A DNA stretch of 63,869 nt, the filler included, from Lama guanicoe (lineage: Eukaryota): NCBI GenBank assembly GCA_013239625.1. It is 178 parts of 178 records of this genome, joined end to end, with 100 filler letters (N's around TTAATTAATTAA, not from the genome) between each part and the next. Parts side by side here need not be neighbours in the genome. Positions count along the whole stretch, not along the records: positions 1 to 259 come from PNXV01049793.1; positions 360 to 618 come from PNXV01049794.1; positions 719 to 976 come from PNXV01049795.1; positions 1,077 to 1,335 come from PNXV01049796.1; positions 1,436 to 1,694 come from PNXV01049797.1; positions 1,795 to 2,053 come from PNXV01049798.1; positions 2,154 to 2,412 come from PNXV01049799.1; positions 2,513 to 2,771 come from PNXV01049800.1; 170 more parts are not named here. One strand, given 5' to 3'. The position numbers were made by a program, and so were the translations under genes. The notes below the pieces were generated by a model, which made no database searches, was not told the DNA's origin, and was given only the letters and a program-made list of their open reading frames with translations. Numbering within the stretch: position 1 is the first letter of the stretch; the number at the start of each line of letters is the position of its first letter. Positions 1 through 13,539 of the stretch are shown here, one piece after another.

Positions 1-303
1 ACCTTGGCCTGACACTTACCAGCTCGGTGCCTGAGTGAAACAATCAATCCCCTGGAATTTTCGTTCACTCAACTGTGAATGTAAGGAACGATCCCTCCTT
101 TCATCCAGCCAACTTGTATTGACTGCTATGCCACGGGTACTGTCCAACCCACCTGAGGTCCTTCAGTGAACAAAAAAGGATCCTTGTAACTGTAGGACTG
201 AGGAAGAGCGGAACATAAACTACAGTCGTGACAGTCATGTGAAATATATGGTATTCTAGNNNNNNNNNNNNNNNNNNNNNNNNNNNNNNNNNNNNNNNNN
301 NNN

Positions 304-315
304 TTAATTAATTAA
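304..315. other. Synthetic six-frame-stop linker TTAATTAATTAA (first of 177 copies)
   Basis: Palindromic 12-mer giving TAA in all three frames on both strands, centred in N runs. Confidence 0.97.
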
Positions 316-904
316 NNNNNNNNNNNNNNNNNNNNNNNNNNNNNNNNNNNNNNNNNNNNTTTAATAATAATGTATCCTTTCTCCAGCAATTTGAATTGAT
401 AATTTTTTATACATTAAATGTATGTTATTCTAATCTGTTTTGAGGTGTTTCATTCTTTTTTACTGATAGAACTTACCTATTCCTACGTCAGAACCATCAG
501 CTACTAAAAGTGGGCACCAGGCCCAGATTGTGATAAAGTAAAATTCAACAAAGAAACAGATATTTCTGCTATTCACACTGCCCTTGAACATGTATGGAAA
601 GTCTTCTAATTCACTTTANNNNNNNNNNNNNNNNNNNNNNNNNNNNNNNNNNNNNNNNNNNNTTAATTAATTAANNNNNNNNNNNNNNNNNNNNNNNNNN
701 NNNNNNNNNNNNNNNNNNACACACTGAGGTCTCAGTTTCCCACCCCTCTGTCCAGGGAGAGGAAACCGACACTGCCTATAACAGGAGCCTTCTAAATAGG
801 GCTGGTCACTTCCAGTGGGTGTGTTTTACCTCCAACTCTACCCGAAACCCCAAAGCACCGTCACACTGGAAAGCCATTCACGGCTCATGTTACCGTGTGC
901 TGTT

Positions 905-976
905 TTCTTTTCCTTCCTTCCTTCTTTCCTTCCTCCCTCCCTCCCTCTCTTTCTTTCTTTCTTTCTTTCTTTCTTT
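905..976 (+). repeat. (CCTT)n/(CTTT)n microsatellite
   Basis: Pyrimidine tetranucleotide repeats running to the contig end. Confidence 0.9.
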
Positions 977-2871
977 NNNNNNNNNNNNNNNNNNNNNNNN
1001 NNNNNNNNNNNNNNNNNNNNTTAATTAATTAANNNNNNNNNNNNNNNNNNNNNNNNNNNNNNNNNNNNNNNNNNNNTGTCATTTAGTTCATTACCCTTGC
1101 TAATAAATGATTTCACACTCTCACCATTAAGCTACAAAGGCAGGAAATTTGGTCACTACCTTTTTTTTATTAGCAAAGTATCAAGGTCATGATTAACATG
1201 AAACATTAATTTGACCTGCTATCAAATTCTCATGATTGATAAAGTCTCTGAGCTGATAGTAAACAAATGTGGTAGAAAACAAAGGTCCTAATCTGCAATT
1301 TTTCAAATCTTTACATTGCCACTTGCTAAAAAAAANNNNNNNNNNNNNNNNNNNNNNNNNNNNNNNNNNNNNNNNNNNNTTAATTAATTAANNNNNNNNN
1401 NNNNNNNNNNNNNNNNNNNNNNNNNNNNNNNNNNNGTTTTCTTATTTATAAAATGATGACCTGATAGGGTTATTGTGAAGATTCGGTTAATAAAACACCC
1501 AGGACAGCGCAGGATTCGTAGTGAACACCCTGTGAATTTTAGGGAGGAGCGGTAATGTGACAGTGGTGGACGCTAGGGAAGTGTTTTGGGCGGGACCTGA
1601 AATTGGCAAGAGCACACTGGCAGTGTGTGTAATTGTCCTTTTCCATAGATCTGTGAGGAACTTGCATATTTTCTTCATTTTCAAGATTTCTGCCNNNNNN
1701 NNNNNNNNNNNNNNNNNNNNNNNNNNNNNNNNNNNNNNTTAATTAATTAANNNNNNNNNNNNNNNNNNNNNNNNNNNNNNNNNNNNNNNNNNNNTTTTAT
1801 ATAGAGTCATGTGTATCTGTTAATCCCAAACTCCTAATTTATCCCTCCCCTGCCCTGTGCCCTTTGGGAACCATGTTTTGTTTTCTGTGTGCAGGAAGCA
1901 TTTTTAGAAGTAGATTCCAGTGAGTTATAGGTGACGTACATTTAAAATCCTGGTAGATATTGCCAAATGGCTCTTCAAAAAAGACCGTACAACTTTACAC
2001 ACCCACCAACAGCAGTTGGCAAGAGTGCCTTGCCAAAAAAAAAAAAAAAAAAGNNNNNNNNNNNNNNNNNNNNNNNNNNNNNNNNNNNNNNNNNNNNTTA
2101 ATTAATTAANNNNNNNNNNNNNNNNNNNNNNNNNNNNNNNNNNNNNNNNNNNNCAGGAAGAGATTGGTTGGGTGGTTCTAGTCTGAGTTTCTTTTGTGGC
2201 TGTGGTCAAAGGGCAGCTACAGCCGGGATAACTGGGAGCTGAAGCACTCAGGGACTAGCGGGGCGTCGCTGCCTCCTCTCTCTATGTCTGTCTTCGTGTA
2301 GTATCAGGATTTCTCCACGAGGGCTCCTTGGTTGGATTAGTTAGGGCTTCCTCACAACGTGACCTCTCAGAAGAGGAAGACCCTTTACAGTGTCAGTACA
2401 ATATCTGACCTTNNNNNNNNNNNNNNNNNNNNNNNNNNNNNNNNNNNNNNNNNNNNTTAATTAATTAANNNNNNNNNNNNNNNNNNNNNNNNNNNNNNNN
2501 NNNNNNNNNNNNCCCCCCATCATTTTTTAGATGATATAAAGATAAAGTGTTTTTATCCTGGTTCCATTAGTTTTGCTGTTGGTAGAAATTCAAATGTGGG
2601 ATTTAGTGGTACTCTAACTTCTAGTCTTATTTTCAATTTTTACAAACATACTTGACAGGGTTTGGGAAATTTTTGACCATTGATTGCAACTCAGACATCC
2701 TTTAAGACAGACAAAATAATTTGCTCTGTTTTGGGCATAAACTTAACATTAAATAAATGTCAAGGAAAAAANNNNNNNNNNNNNNNNNNNNNNNNNNNNN
2801 NNNNNNNNNNNNNNNTTAATTAATTAANNNNNNNNNNNNNNNNNNNNNNNNNNNNNNNNNNNNNNNNNNNN

Positions 2872-3130
2872 TAATTGGAGCCAAACCGAGGACTATAGCC
2901 CGGAAGACAGCCTCTCCGATTACTCTGAGGAACTGCTCCAGAGAAGCATGGTTTTCAGCAGTTTTATATCTTGTCAGAACAAAGGACATCAAACAAGTCA
3001 GGGTTACAGTCCTTCAGGGTTAAAAACAAACAAACTAACAAACTAACAAAAACAGAGCAGCACGTGCACAGCAAATCAGTGCGGCTTTGACATCTAGGAA
3101 GCAAGTCTTACCATCAGAGGGGGACCAGCC
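2872..3130. mobile_element. ERV1-type LTR fragment
   Basis: gaggactatagcccggaagacagcctctcc...ctctgaggaactgctcc resembles MER41-like laurasiatherian LTRs (recalled). Confidence 0.55.
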
Positions 3131-4307
3131 NNNNNNNNNNNNNNNNNNNNNNNNNNNNNNNNNNNNNNNNNNNNTTAATTAATTAANNNNNNNNNNNNNN
3201 NNNNNNNNNNNNNNNNNNNNNNNNNNNNNNCTGTGCCCTGCCCTCTTTCCTCCCACTTCAGCTGGGCACTCTCCCGGTGCGAGTCCAGTGGTTATTTTGG
3301 CTCCCAATGGCTAGTGATTTCTGGGTAGGGAGGAGGGAGTGAGCCTGGGGCTTGGAAAACCCTACAGGAACAGAACGTGTTTAGGGGTTGTTGTTGGACC
3401 CACATGGAAGACTGACTTTTGGTAAAATTGTGACCGTTGTAAAGAACATCGTTGAGTTTTCTCACTCCCTCTGCTGATTTCTGCAAAGANNNNNNNNNNN
3501 NNNNNNNNNNNNNNNNNNNNNNNNNNNNNNNNNTTAATTAATTAANNNNNNNNNNNNNNNNNNNNNNNNNNNNNNNNNNNNNNNNNNNNTTTTTTCCATC
3601 TTCTCAGATAAATAAAACCTGTAGTTACCTACTCAGAGTTCTGAGGACGACTTACTCTCAGTTCTTCCAGCGCCGTCTGCCTGTCTCAGACGCATCTCTC
3701 GTCCGTCAGCGGCGTTTTCTCCTGAGGCCCGTCACGCCTTTTCCCCTCCTTGGCGGGGAGCTTACAGGTGTCACACACCTTTTCTTCACACTCGCTCAGT
3801 TCATCATTCAGCCCTTCCAGTGCTGCGGGCCTGCTCTGCACAGCACCANNNNNNNNNNNNNNNNNNNNNNNNNNNNNNNNNNNNNNNNNNNNTTAATTAA
3901 TTAANNNNNNNNNNNNNNNNNNNNNNNNNNNNNNNNNNNNNNNNNNNNTGGAGCCCTGATTCCATATTTCAGGTAGGATTAAGACATAACTAACAAAGAG
4001 AAATCAGTTTACCACCTAGAGGTTTGACGCCATATCTCTAGCTAATAATTTGGTAATTTGCCTGGCTTTGTCGTTAACTCACATCTCTCCTCTGTGACAC
4101 TGAGGCAGCTCTAAGTAGCTAATTGAGGATTCCAGGAATTAGGATTTCATCCATCTCAAATATAGTTTCCTCTCCTTAGGAATAATGAGACAAATGAAAA
4201 CAATTTTNNNNNNNNNNNNNNNNNNNNNNNNNNNNNNNNNNNNNNNNNNNNTTAATTAATTAANNNNNNNNNNNNNNNNNNNNNNNNNNNNNNNNNNNNN
4301 NNNNNNN

Positions 4308-4566
4308 TTGTTACATAAAAAAAGACTCCAAAATTTTGTGGCTTAAAACAGCAACCATCTTTTCTATGCTTACAGATTGTGTGACTTAGGAATTTGGACA
4401 GGGCATGCAGGAATGTTTTATCTCTTCTCCATGATGTCTGGGACCTCAGCTGGAAGACTTGATAGCTAAAGATGACAGCAGGAGGCTGGAATCACCTCTA
4501 GGCTCCTTCACTGACATATCTTGGCTGGGATGAATCAAAGACTTGGGCTGGCAACCAGAACACATA
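4308..4566. mobile_element. MLT1 (ERVL-MaLR) LTR fragment
   Basis: caaaattttgtggcttaaaacagcaacc...ggaatttggacaggg...ctgggacctcagctggaagact motifs typical of MLT1. Confidence 0.65.
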
Positions 4567-5025
4567 NNNNNNNNNNNNNNNNNNNNNNNNNNNNNNNNNN
4601 NNNNNNNNNNTTAATTAATTAANNNNNNNNNNNNNNNNNNNNNNNNNNNNNNNNNNNNNNNNNNNNAAAAAAAAAACCATTGCTGATCTGATAGAGAAGT
4701 AAGAAATTCAGCTGGAGACCAGAGAACAAAATTACTCACAGGGATAAACAGTACCAGAGCCAGCAATTGTCCTCACTGCATCTGCCATAACATGACTATC
4801 AAGAACTGGTGTTTTCATATAGTTATTGTCCTAGGAAGAGTGAGCAGTGGAAAATTCAAAAATGTACAGTGCAGTGAATTTTCTCAAAGTGAATGCATGT
4901 AATCACCACAGAGGTTAAAAAAAAANNNNNNNNNNNNNNNNNNNNNNNNNNNNNNNNNNNNNNNNNNNNTTAATTAATTAANNNNNNNNNNNNNNNNNNN
5001 NNNNNNNNNNNNNNNNNNNNNNNNN

Positions 5026-5190
5026 AACTCAATTCTGACGCTAACATCCTGGAGCTAGTGTTAGAATTAATTCACGGGTTTAAGGGCATGTTGGATCCTA
5101 GCCTACGCGTACTTCTGATCAACTGGCCACAAATCTGGGGTTTCCATGGCCCTTCTCAGCACTGGTCATTAACCAGATGGAGTCACAGCG
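5026..5190. mobile_element. MER21-like LTR fragment
   Basis: aactcaattctgacgctaac...ggtttaagggc...acttctgatcaactggccacaaatctgggg. Confidence 0.55.
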
Positions 5191-5743
5191 CTCTCCTATA
5201 ACAGCACCTCTGCCCCCACTGTACATCCTGCCTGAGGGCTCATTCATATTCAACCCAATGCCTGTGTGTCCTTTTAATGATCCTNNNNNNNNNNNNNNNN
5301 NNNNNNNNNNNNNNNNNNNNNNNNNNNNTTAATTAATTAANNNNNNNNNNNNNNNNNNNNNNNNNNNNNNNNNNNNNNNNNNNNCTTAGTGTCTGCTGCC
5401 TGCCTGCCTGCGGGAAGACATCTGAGGCTAGACTTGGAGACAGAGGGAACTCTGAAACCCACCCCAGAGGCAGTGAGGGCAGGCCCCGCTGTCCCACTCA
5501 CCGCCGTGCCCAGGATTGGACCACACCACGCCTGGTCCACAGCCAGTGCATCAGAAATACATGGGAGGCATGGCATCTTGGCGTTGGATGGTCTCCTAGC
5601 TCCCTGATTAACCTTCCACCTAAAGCAGGATTTCCCACGTATTNNNNNNNNNNNNNNNNNNNNNNNNNNNNNNNNNNNNNNNNNNNNTTAATTAATTAAN
5701 NNNNNNNNNNNNNNNNNNNNNNNNNNNNNNNNNNNNNNNNNNN

Positions 5744-6002
<259 letters not shown>

Positions 6003-9000
6003 NNNNNNNNNNNNNNNNNNNNNNNNNNNNNNNNNNNNNNNNNNNNTTAATTAATTAANNNNNNNNNNNNNNNNNNNNNNNNNNNNNNNNNNNNNNNNNN
6101 NNTGAGCAGACCTTGGGGAGGAAGAGGCAGGGTGCCCAGGCCAAAGATCGACAAGCAGGTTCCTACAGGGACTAGGAAGACACTGAACCTGGTGGCAGGA
6201 CTAACCCAAATTCACATGGGGCTGCAGCAGGACTGCTTGGTTTGAGTCATTTGTCTGAAAAGAGCCCGAGCCCAGTCAAGCCAGCGCAGCTTCTGCCCAT
6301 GGGTTTCTGGGTTTCCCCATCTGTCCCCCAACGTAATGAACAAGAAAATTCACTAAAAAGGNNNNNNNNNNNNNNNNNNNNNNNNNNNNNNNNNNNNNNN
6401 NNNNNTTAATTAATTAANNNNNNNNNNNNNNNNNNNNNNNNNNNNNNNNNNNNNNNNNNNNATCAGAATCAGGATTCTGGATGTATTTGGGTCAAAATGA
6501 AGGCTAGAAATCAAAGAAGGGATCCTCTCCTCCCCCCCAAAAAACCCAGCCCTAACCAGTGAAGTTATACGTGTGAATGGCTTGTCCACAGTGTGTATCA
6601 ATTCATACAGTTGTAGGTAGCATCTTGCAATGAAGTATTTTCTTCCCAGAAGGAGCACCTTGTGGGTAACTGCGCGGTCAGGTTCCATGGGACGGACACG
6701 TGGGAGAATTAGTAATAACTNNNNNNNNNNNNNNNNNNNNNNNNNNNNNNNNNNNNNNNNNNNNTTAATTAATTAANNNNNNNNNNNNNNNNNNNNNNNN
6801 NNNNNNNNNNNNNNNNNNNNGCCATTCATGACATCACTTCACACACTTCCAAAGAGCGCAGCGTTGTCCAAACTCCCGTGACAAGCCTGCAAAGCCCTGT
6901 ACATTTTGACTTCGTTTTGTTGCTTTTCTTTCTTTGCTTATACCCCCTTAATAGTCACCGCCACCTCCGTCAGCTGGTCTCACACACGACCTACTTATAC
7001 TTACTCTTTCCCTGGCATGATCTGCTCAGACTCCTTACATATTCTCTATCGTTAAGGCAAGTTTAAGTTTCATCTCCTTNNNNNNNNNNNNNNNNNNNNN
7101 NNNNNNNNNNNNNNNNNNNNNNNTTAATTAATTAANNNNNNNNNNNNNNNNNNNNNNNNNNNNNNNNNNNNNNNNNNNNCTGAGGACACGAAGGACCCTG
7201 TCTGCTTTGGGTAAATCAACACTCAGCATGTGGACACTTCACTCTAAAGCAAGGACGACAACGCGTCCCTCCGGCCATGTCGCTCCTAGGCACTTCCCCA
7301 TTACAAACATCCCAGCTGGCCGCAGCCACTGATATCCACATCAGCTGGGCTCTCAGGGCTCCCGTTAACCTGGCTGGACACAGGGTCGTGGGGGCAGCCT
7401 CCAAGAGGAGAAGCAAAGGGACGACTCAGAAGCTGCTGNNNNNNNNNNNNNNNNNNNNNNNNNNNNNNNNNNNNNNNNNNNNTTAATTAATTAANNNNNN
7501 NNNNNNNNNNNNNNNNNNNNNNNNNNNNNNNNNNNNNNACACGCACACACATCCTGCACACACGGACCTTTGTGCACACAAACACGCTCTCAGGAGAGAG
7601 CCCCAGGTGGGGAGAGTACCTCTGATTGCCCAGGCCTCCGGTGGGCATGACTTGTCAGCCTCCACCACCCTTCTGTGGGCCTGGGGCCCGATGCGGGTTT
7701 ACCCCGGCCCAAGCCTTGGAGGCGCCTCTGAGGCATTTATCCAAGGTCTTGTTGCAGTTTTTCAGGGAGACAGTTAATGGGGATGGAGAAGCTTAGCNNN
7801 NNNNNNNNNNNNNNNNNNNNNNNNNNNNNNNNNNNNNNNNNTTAATTAATTAANNNNNNNNNNNNNNNNNNNNNNNNNNNNNNNNNNNNNNNNNNNNTGT
7901 TCTTATTCTTCCCTTTGCAGCTTCCTCCTGAAACTTAGATGAGAATATTGGTTTCCATTCGAGAAATGGGCAAGGGTATGTTTCTGGAGCAACAGCCCTG
8001 GTGACAGAATGTTGGCAAAATAACATAATGATATCAATTTGACTTACAATGTGCTATGTTCGTGAATTCTCCCTTTACTGTCTGCAACAGGAAATAAATC
8101 CAACTTCTATGTGAAATTTAAAAAACAGTACTCAAATGCAGGATCTCCAGATAAAANNNNNNNNNNNNNNNNNNNNNNNNNNNNNNNNNNNNNNNNNNNN
8201 TTAATTAATTAANNNNNNNNNNNNNNNNNNNNNNNNNNNNNNNNNNNNNNNNNNNNCTTAATTAGTAACAAAGCATCTGGATGCCTTGCTATGTATGACC
8301 TAAATACTAACAAAAAGGAAGGGTTGCAGAGAGAAATATTCTTCCCTGAACATAAACTGTAATCAATTTGAGAGGATGAGAGGAAGGGAAAAGGAGCTAA
8401 GAGGAAGCAAACTTTCTGTTGAATATGCTCAGTGCAGGCAGGTATCTGCCTATAAATTGACCAGGGATTTGTGTGGCTTTTGAAAAATCCTGGATGTCAG
8501 AATGTTTCCTTTGATNNNNNNNNNNNNNNNNNNNNNNNNNNNNNNNNNNNNNNNNNNNNTTAATTAATTAANNNNNNNNNNNNNNNNNNNNNNNNNNNNN
8601 NNNNNNNNNNNNNNNGCCAGTCAACATTTGTAGAACCTCCTCTCTAATCAAGGGAAGTGCACATAGTCAGTGCCTTTATCCACAGTTGGAAACCCCAGGG
8701 CCATGCTGAGCCCTTGCTGATATTCCCATCTTTCCTTTGCACAATCACCAGTACTGAGCATGTGACGTTGTAGGCCATGGGCCACAAACTCTGCTGAGCA
8801 CAGGATGCAGTTAGGAACTCTAACCTGGGAAGACAACTGCACCCCAGTGTTCACAGCAGCACTGTTTACAATAGNNNNNNNNNNNNNNNNNNNNNNNNNN
8901 NNNNNNNNNNNNNNNNNNTTAATTAATTAANNNNNNNNNNNNNNNNNNNNNNNNNNNNNNNNNNNNNNNNNNNNAAGCAGCTCTAGGAAACATAATGAGA

Positions 9001-9556
9001 AACAAGAGTAAGTGTTATAACTACCACCCATTCACTTAATGATAGATAGACGAACGACACTAAACATGCTCAATTATGAGAGAGATGCGTGTGTGAAAAC
9101 AGACAATAACCCAGATTTTTGGGAACACAAAGACACTTTTCAGGTGGAAACAATACTACAAACATACATATGGGGGTGTACAATCTCCAACACGGATTTA
9201 CATTGAAAATTGCAGGAAATTAAAATCGGCACCNNNNNNNNNNNNNNNNNNNNNNNNNNNNNNNNNNNNNNNNNNNNTTAATTAATTAANNNNNNNNNNN
9301 NNNNNNNNNNNNNNNNNNNNNNNNNNNNNNNNNCACTCTGACTGGTGACAGCTAGTAGTTTCGATAGCTCTTCCTCTCCCATGAAAACACCACAAATTTA
9401 CATTTAAAATGCATTAATTCTAAGTGCATATTAAATAATATGTGCTCAATTTTAACAAGTAAAATTTCTACGAACCAATGTTTAGTTATCTATAAATTCA
9501 AGCAAACTGATTTTTTTTTAGATTCACTCCAGTTCCCTGGAAAAAGTGAGGATAAC

Positions 9557-9591
<35 letters not shown>
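9557..9591 (+). repeat. (AAT)n microsatellite
   Basis: Perfect trinucleotide run to the contig end. Confidence 0.95.
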
Positions 9592-10050
9592 NNNNNNNNN
9601 NNNNNNNNNNNNNNNNNNNNNNNNNNNNNNNNNNNTTAATTAATTAANNNNNNNNNNNNNNNNNNNNNNNNNNNNNNNNNNNNNNNNNNNNTTTATAAAT
9701 GACTGCTTTAAGAAAGCGAAGTGTATTTCTGCAAATTCTAAATCATTTACAAGAATTGGAGTGAGCTCAGAATACCCCACATTTAAAATGCCAGTTAAGA
9801 AAAACTGATTTTGAATAGCTATCATTTTTCTTTTCAAATATGACAAAATATATTACTAGAAAGGCTGCCTTTACCATGAACCTTCACTGTCATTCTAGCT
9901 TTGCTCTAAGTCACAAAGTAAAATACTTGGATAAATTATTTAGAAAAAAANNNNNNNNNNNNNNNNNNNNNNNNNNNNNNNNNNNNNNNNNNNNTTAATT
10001 AATTAANNNNNNNNNNNNNNNNNNNNNNNNNNNNNNNNNNNNNNNNNNNN

Positions 10051-10309
10051 AAACCCGCATCATGTCCCCAGTCCACATTTTCCAAAGCCCACATCATCTC
10101 GCCAAGCCATGTCATCTCCCTGAGCCAGTGTCATGTCCCCGAGCCCGTGTCATCTCTGTGAGCCAGCCTCATGTCCGCGATCCCAAATCATCTCCCTGAG
10201 CACACATCATCTTCCCAAGCCCACATCATCTCCCTGAGCCTACAGCGTGTCCACGAGACAGCTTCATCACCCCAAGCCCGAGTCACCTCCCACAGCCCGC
10301 ATCATCTAG
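10051..10309 (+). repeat. Diverged 19-bp minisatellite (consensus about GAGCCCACATCATCTCCCT)
   Basis: Units gagcccgtgtcatctctgt / gagccagcctcatgtccgc / gatcccaaatcatctccct / gagcacacatcatcttccc / aagcccacatcatctccct; repeat fills the contig. Confidence 0.85.
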
Positions 10310-10768
10310 NNNNNNNNNNNNNNNNNNNNNNNNNNNNNNNNNNNNNNNNNNNNTTAATTAATTAANNNNNNNNNNNNNNNNNNNNNNNNNNNNNNNNNNN
10401 NNNNNNNNNCAGGTCTTGGCTTCTACCACTCCTGCAGGTTTCTCACTCACCAGAAAAAGCCATTGCCGGCCAGGAGAGTCTTGTCTTCTGTGTAGAGTTT
10501 CAGTTTTACTGATTAAAAAAGGACCAGAGACATGTTGCACAACGAGAATATATAGACAGCCACTGAACTGTACGTGGGTTAAGGGTTATGTCTTTTATGA
10601 TAATGAAAGATTTTCAAGGGAAAAATTTGCGGTTGTTGACTGAAATAAATGCACAGCCTAAAAGTTGANNNNNNNNNNNNNNNNNNNNNNNNNNNNNNNN
10701 NNNNNNNNNNNNTTAATTAATTAANNNNNNNNNNNNNNNNNNNNNNNNNNNNNNNNNNNNNNNNNNNN

Positions 10769-11026
10769 TAAAGAAACACTTCTCCAATGAAGACATACAA
10801 ATGGCCAATAGGCACATTTTTTTTTAAATGCTCAATTTCATTAATTATCAGAGAAATGCAAATCAAAACTATAATGAGGTATCACCCCACACCAGTCAGA
10901 ATGGCCATCATTCAAAAGCCCACAAAGGAGAAATGCTGGAGAGGGTGTGGAGAAAGGGGAACCTCCTACACTGCTGATGGGAATATAGTTTGGTGCAGCT
11001 ATTATGGAAAACAGTATGGAGATTCC
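10769..11026 (+). mobile_element. LINE-1 ORF2 C-terminal fragment
   Basis: [31 protein letters not shown]...[10 protein letters not shown], canonical L1 ORF2 motif. Confidence 0.95.
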
Positions 11027-12720
11027 NNNNNNNNNNNNNNNNNNNNNNNNNNNNNNNNNNNNNNNNNNNNTTAATTAATTAANNNNNNNNNNNNNNNNNN
11101 NNNNNNNNNNNNNNNNNNNNNNNNNNCAAATTTACTGTATAAAAATATAAATACTTATTTAACCAAATGAGACTGTTTCAATGGATTTCTGGAATTGGAA
11201 GCCCTTATTAGATAATACACAATTTAGGATGCAAAAACACTTTAAACTAGTGCTAATTATTCAGCGTAACTGAAGAGACTTTGATCTTTCTAAAGACAAT
11301 TTATGTTTTGAAAAATTAAGGCCATGCTAGAGAATGCATAACACACTTAGCAACTGTAGAATTTTTATATATTATTATGCAAAGTNNNNNNNNNNNNNNN
11401 NNNNNNNNNNNNNNNNNNNNNNNNNNNNNTTAATTAATTAANNNNNNNNNNNNNNNNNNNNNNNNNNNNNNNNNNNNNNNNNNNNAACAGTAGAAGGAGC
11501 TACTTGCTCTGTCTCAGGACTTGAGGAAGGCTTCGTGGAGAAGATGGCATTTGATCTGGGAAGACCATTGAAGGCATGGAGTGGAGAGAGTTGTTTGGGA
11601 AAAGATGCAAATGTCACAGTAGCCAGAGATACAGCACACAGACAGCAGAGACTGGGAACACATGGAGGGCTCGCCAATCAATCTAGAGGTTTGTATTATA
11701 GCCTGGGGGCCCTGGGAGGCAAAGCAGCCCACATTAGTTCACCCNNNNNNNNNNNNNNNNNNNNNNNNNNNNNNNNNNNNNNNNNNNNTTAATTAATTAA
11801 NNNNNNNNNNNNNNNNNNNNNNNNNNNNNNNNNNNNNNNNNNNNCTGCGGTTGAGTAGTGGTCCTTCAGATTAGTCCAACTCTATTGTTTTTGAATAATC
11901 TAGAGGCTTCGTGTGCAGGCGCTTTCCCTGGAGAAGGCTCTGATATGGACAAAAGAATAAAGGACCGTATGTTACCCGAGAGAGAAATGCATTCATAGAG
12001 TAACCTCTGATACCGGAAATCAGAATTCTGTTAACAGTTGCAGTAAACTCTGCCTTGCTATGTAAGTTTTGCAATATAGTTATTTCTTAGAAACTTCCCT
12101 AGGNNNNNNNNNNNNNNNNNNNNNNNNNNNNNNNNNNNNNNNNNNNNTTAATTAATTAANNNNNNNNNNNNNNNNNNNNNNNNNNNNNNNNNNNNNNNNN
12201 NNNTTCCAGAATAAACCTCTAAGAAGGGAACTTCACAGAAAATAAACAAACAGAACCATGAGAAGGAGCCCCAAATCAAGTAGCTACGTTACAAGCATGA
12301 GTTCAATTTCCCTAAATACTTTATCTAGTTAAAAACTCAGAAGAGGAAAAGAAAACTTTGTGCATGAAGTAAGCTTACATTTTGTATAACCCCCCTAAGA
12401 GAACCACGTGAGGACAGGGATGTGGATGCTCGCTCTTCTGCTCCAGGATGTTCTGTTAGCACNNNNNNNNNNNNNNNNNNNNNNNNNNNNNNNNNNNNNN
12501 NNNNNNTTAATTAATTAANNNNNNNNNNNNNNNNNNNNNNNNNNNNNNNNNNNNNNNNNNNNTATGCCCGACCCACTCTACATAACCCCTAACCCATTCT
12601 ATTTTTTTTTTTTAATTTCATGGCAACCATCACCTTTTTTAAAAAATTGAGGTAATTCCAATATAATAAAATCACCTTTATAAAGTGGTGATTTATAATT
12701 AAGTGGGGGGTTTTATGTTT

Positions 12721-12757
<37 letters not shown>
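12721..12757 (+). repeat. (GTT)n microsatellite
   Basis: Perfect trinucleotide run. Confidence 0.9.
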
Positions 12758-12759
<2 letters not shown>

Positions 12760-13280
12760 TATTCACGAAGTCTTGCTGCCATCACTGCTGTTTAATTCCA
12801 GAACAGTTTCATCCCCGCCAANNNNNNNNNNNNNNNNNNNNNNNNNNNNNNNNNNNNNNNNNNNNTTAATTAATTAANNNNNNNNNNNNNNNNNNNNNNN
12901 NNNNNNNNNNNNNNNNNNNNNAAGAACTCCTTTGAACATTTCTTGCAAGGCAGGTCCACTGGCAACAGATACCCTCAGTTTTTGATGGTTTGAGAAAATC
13001 TTTATTTCTGTTTCACTCTTGAAAGTTCACGTTGCTAGATGCAGGATTCTGGGTTTGGTGGTCCTGTCAGCACATGAAACACTTCCTTCTACCCCTCTTG
13101 TCTGCACGTTTTCTGAAGCACAGCCCAGTGCAGATCTTACCCCTGCTCCTCTCTAGGTGAGATGCACCTGCATCCCTGCCNNNNNNNNNNNNNNNNNNNN
13201 NNNNNNNNNNNNNNNNNNNNNNNNTTAATTAATTAANNNNNNNNNNNNNNNNNNNNNNNNNNNNNNNNNNNNNNNNNNNN

Positions 13281-13539
<259 letters not shown>

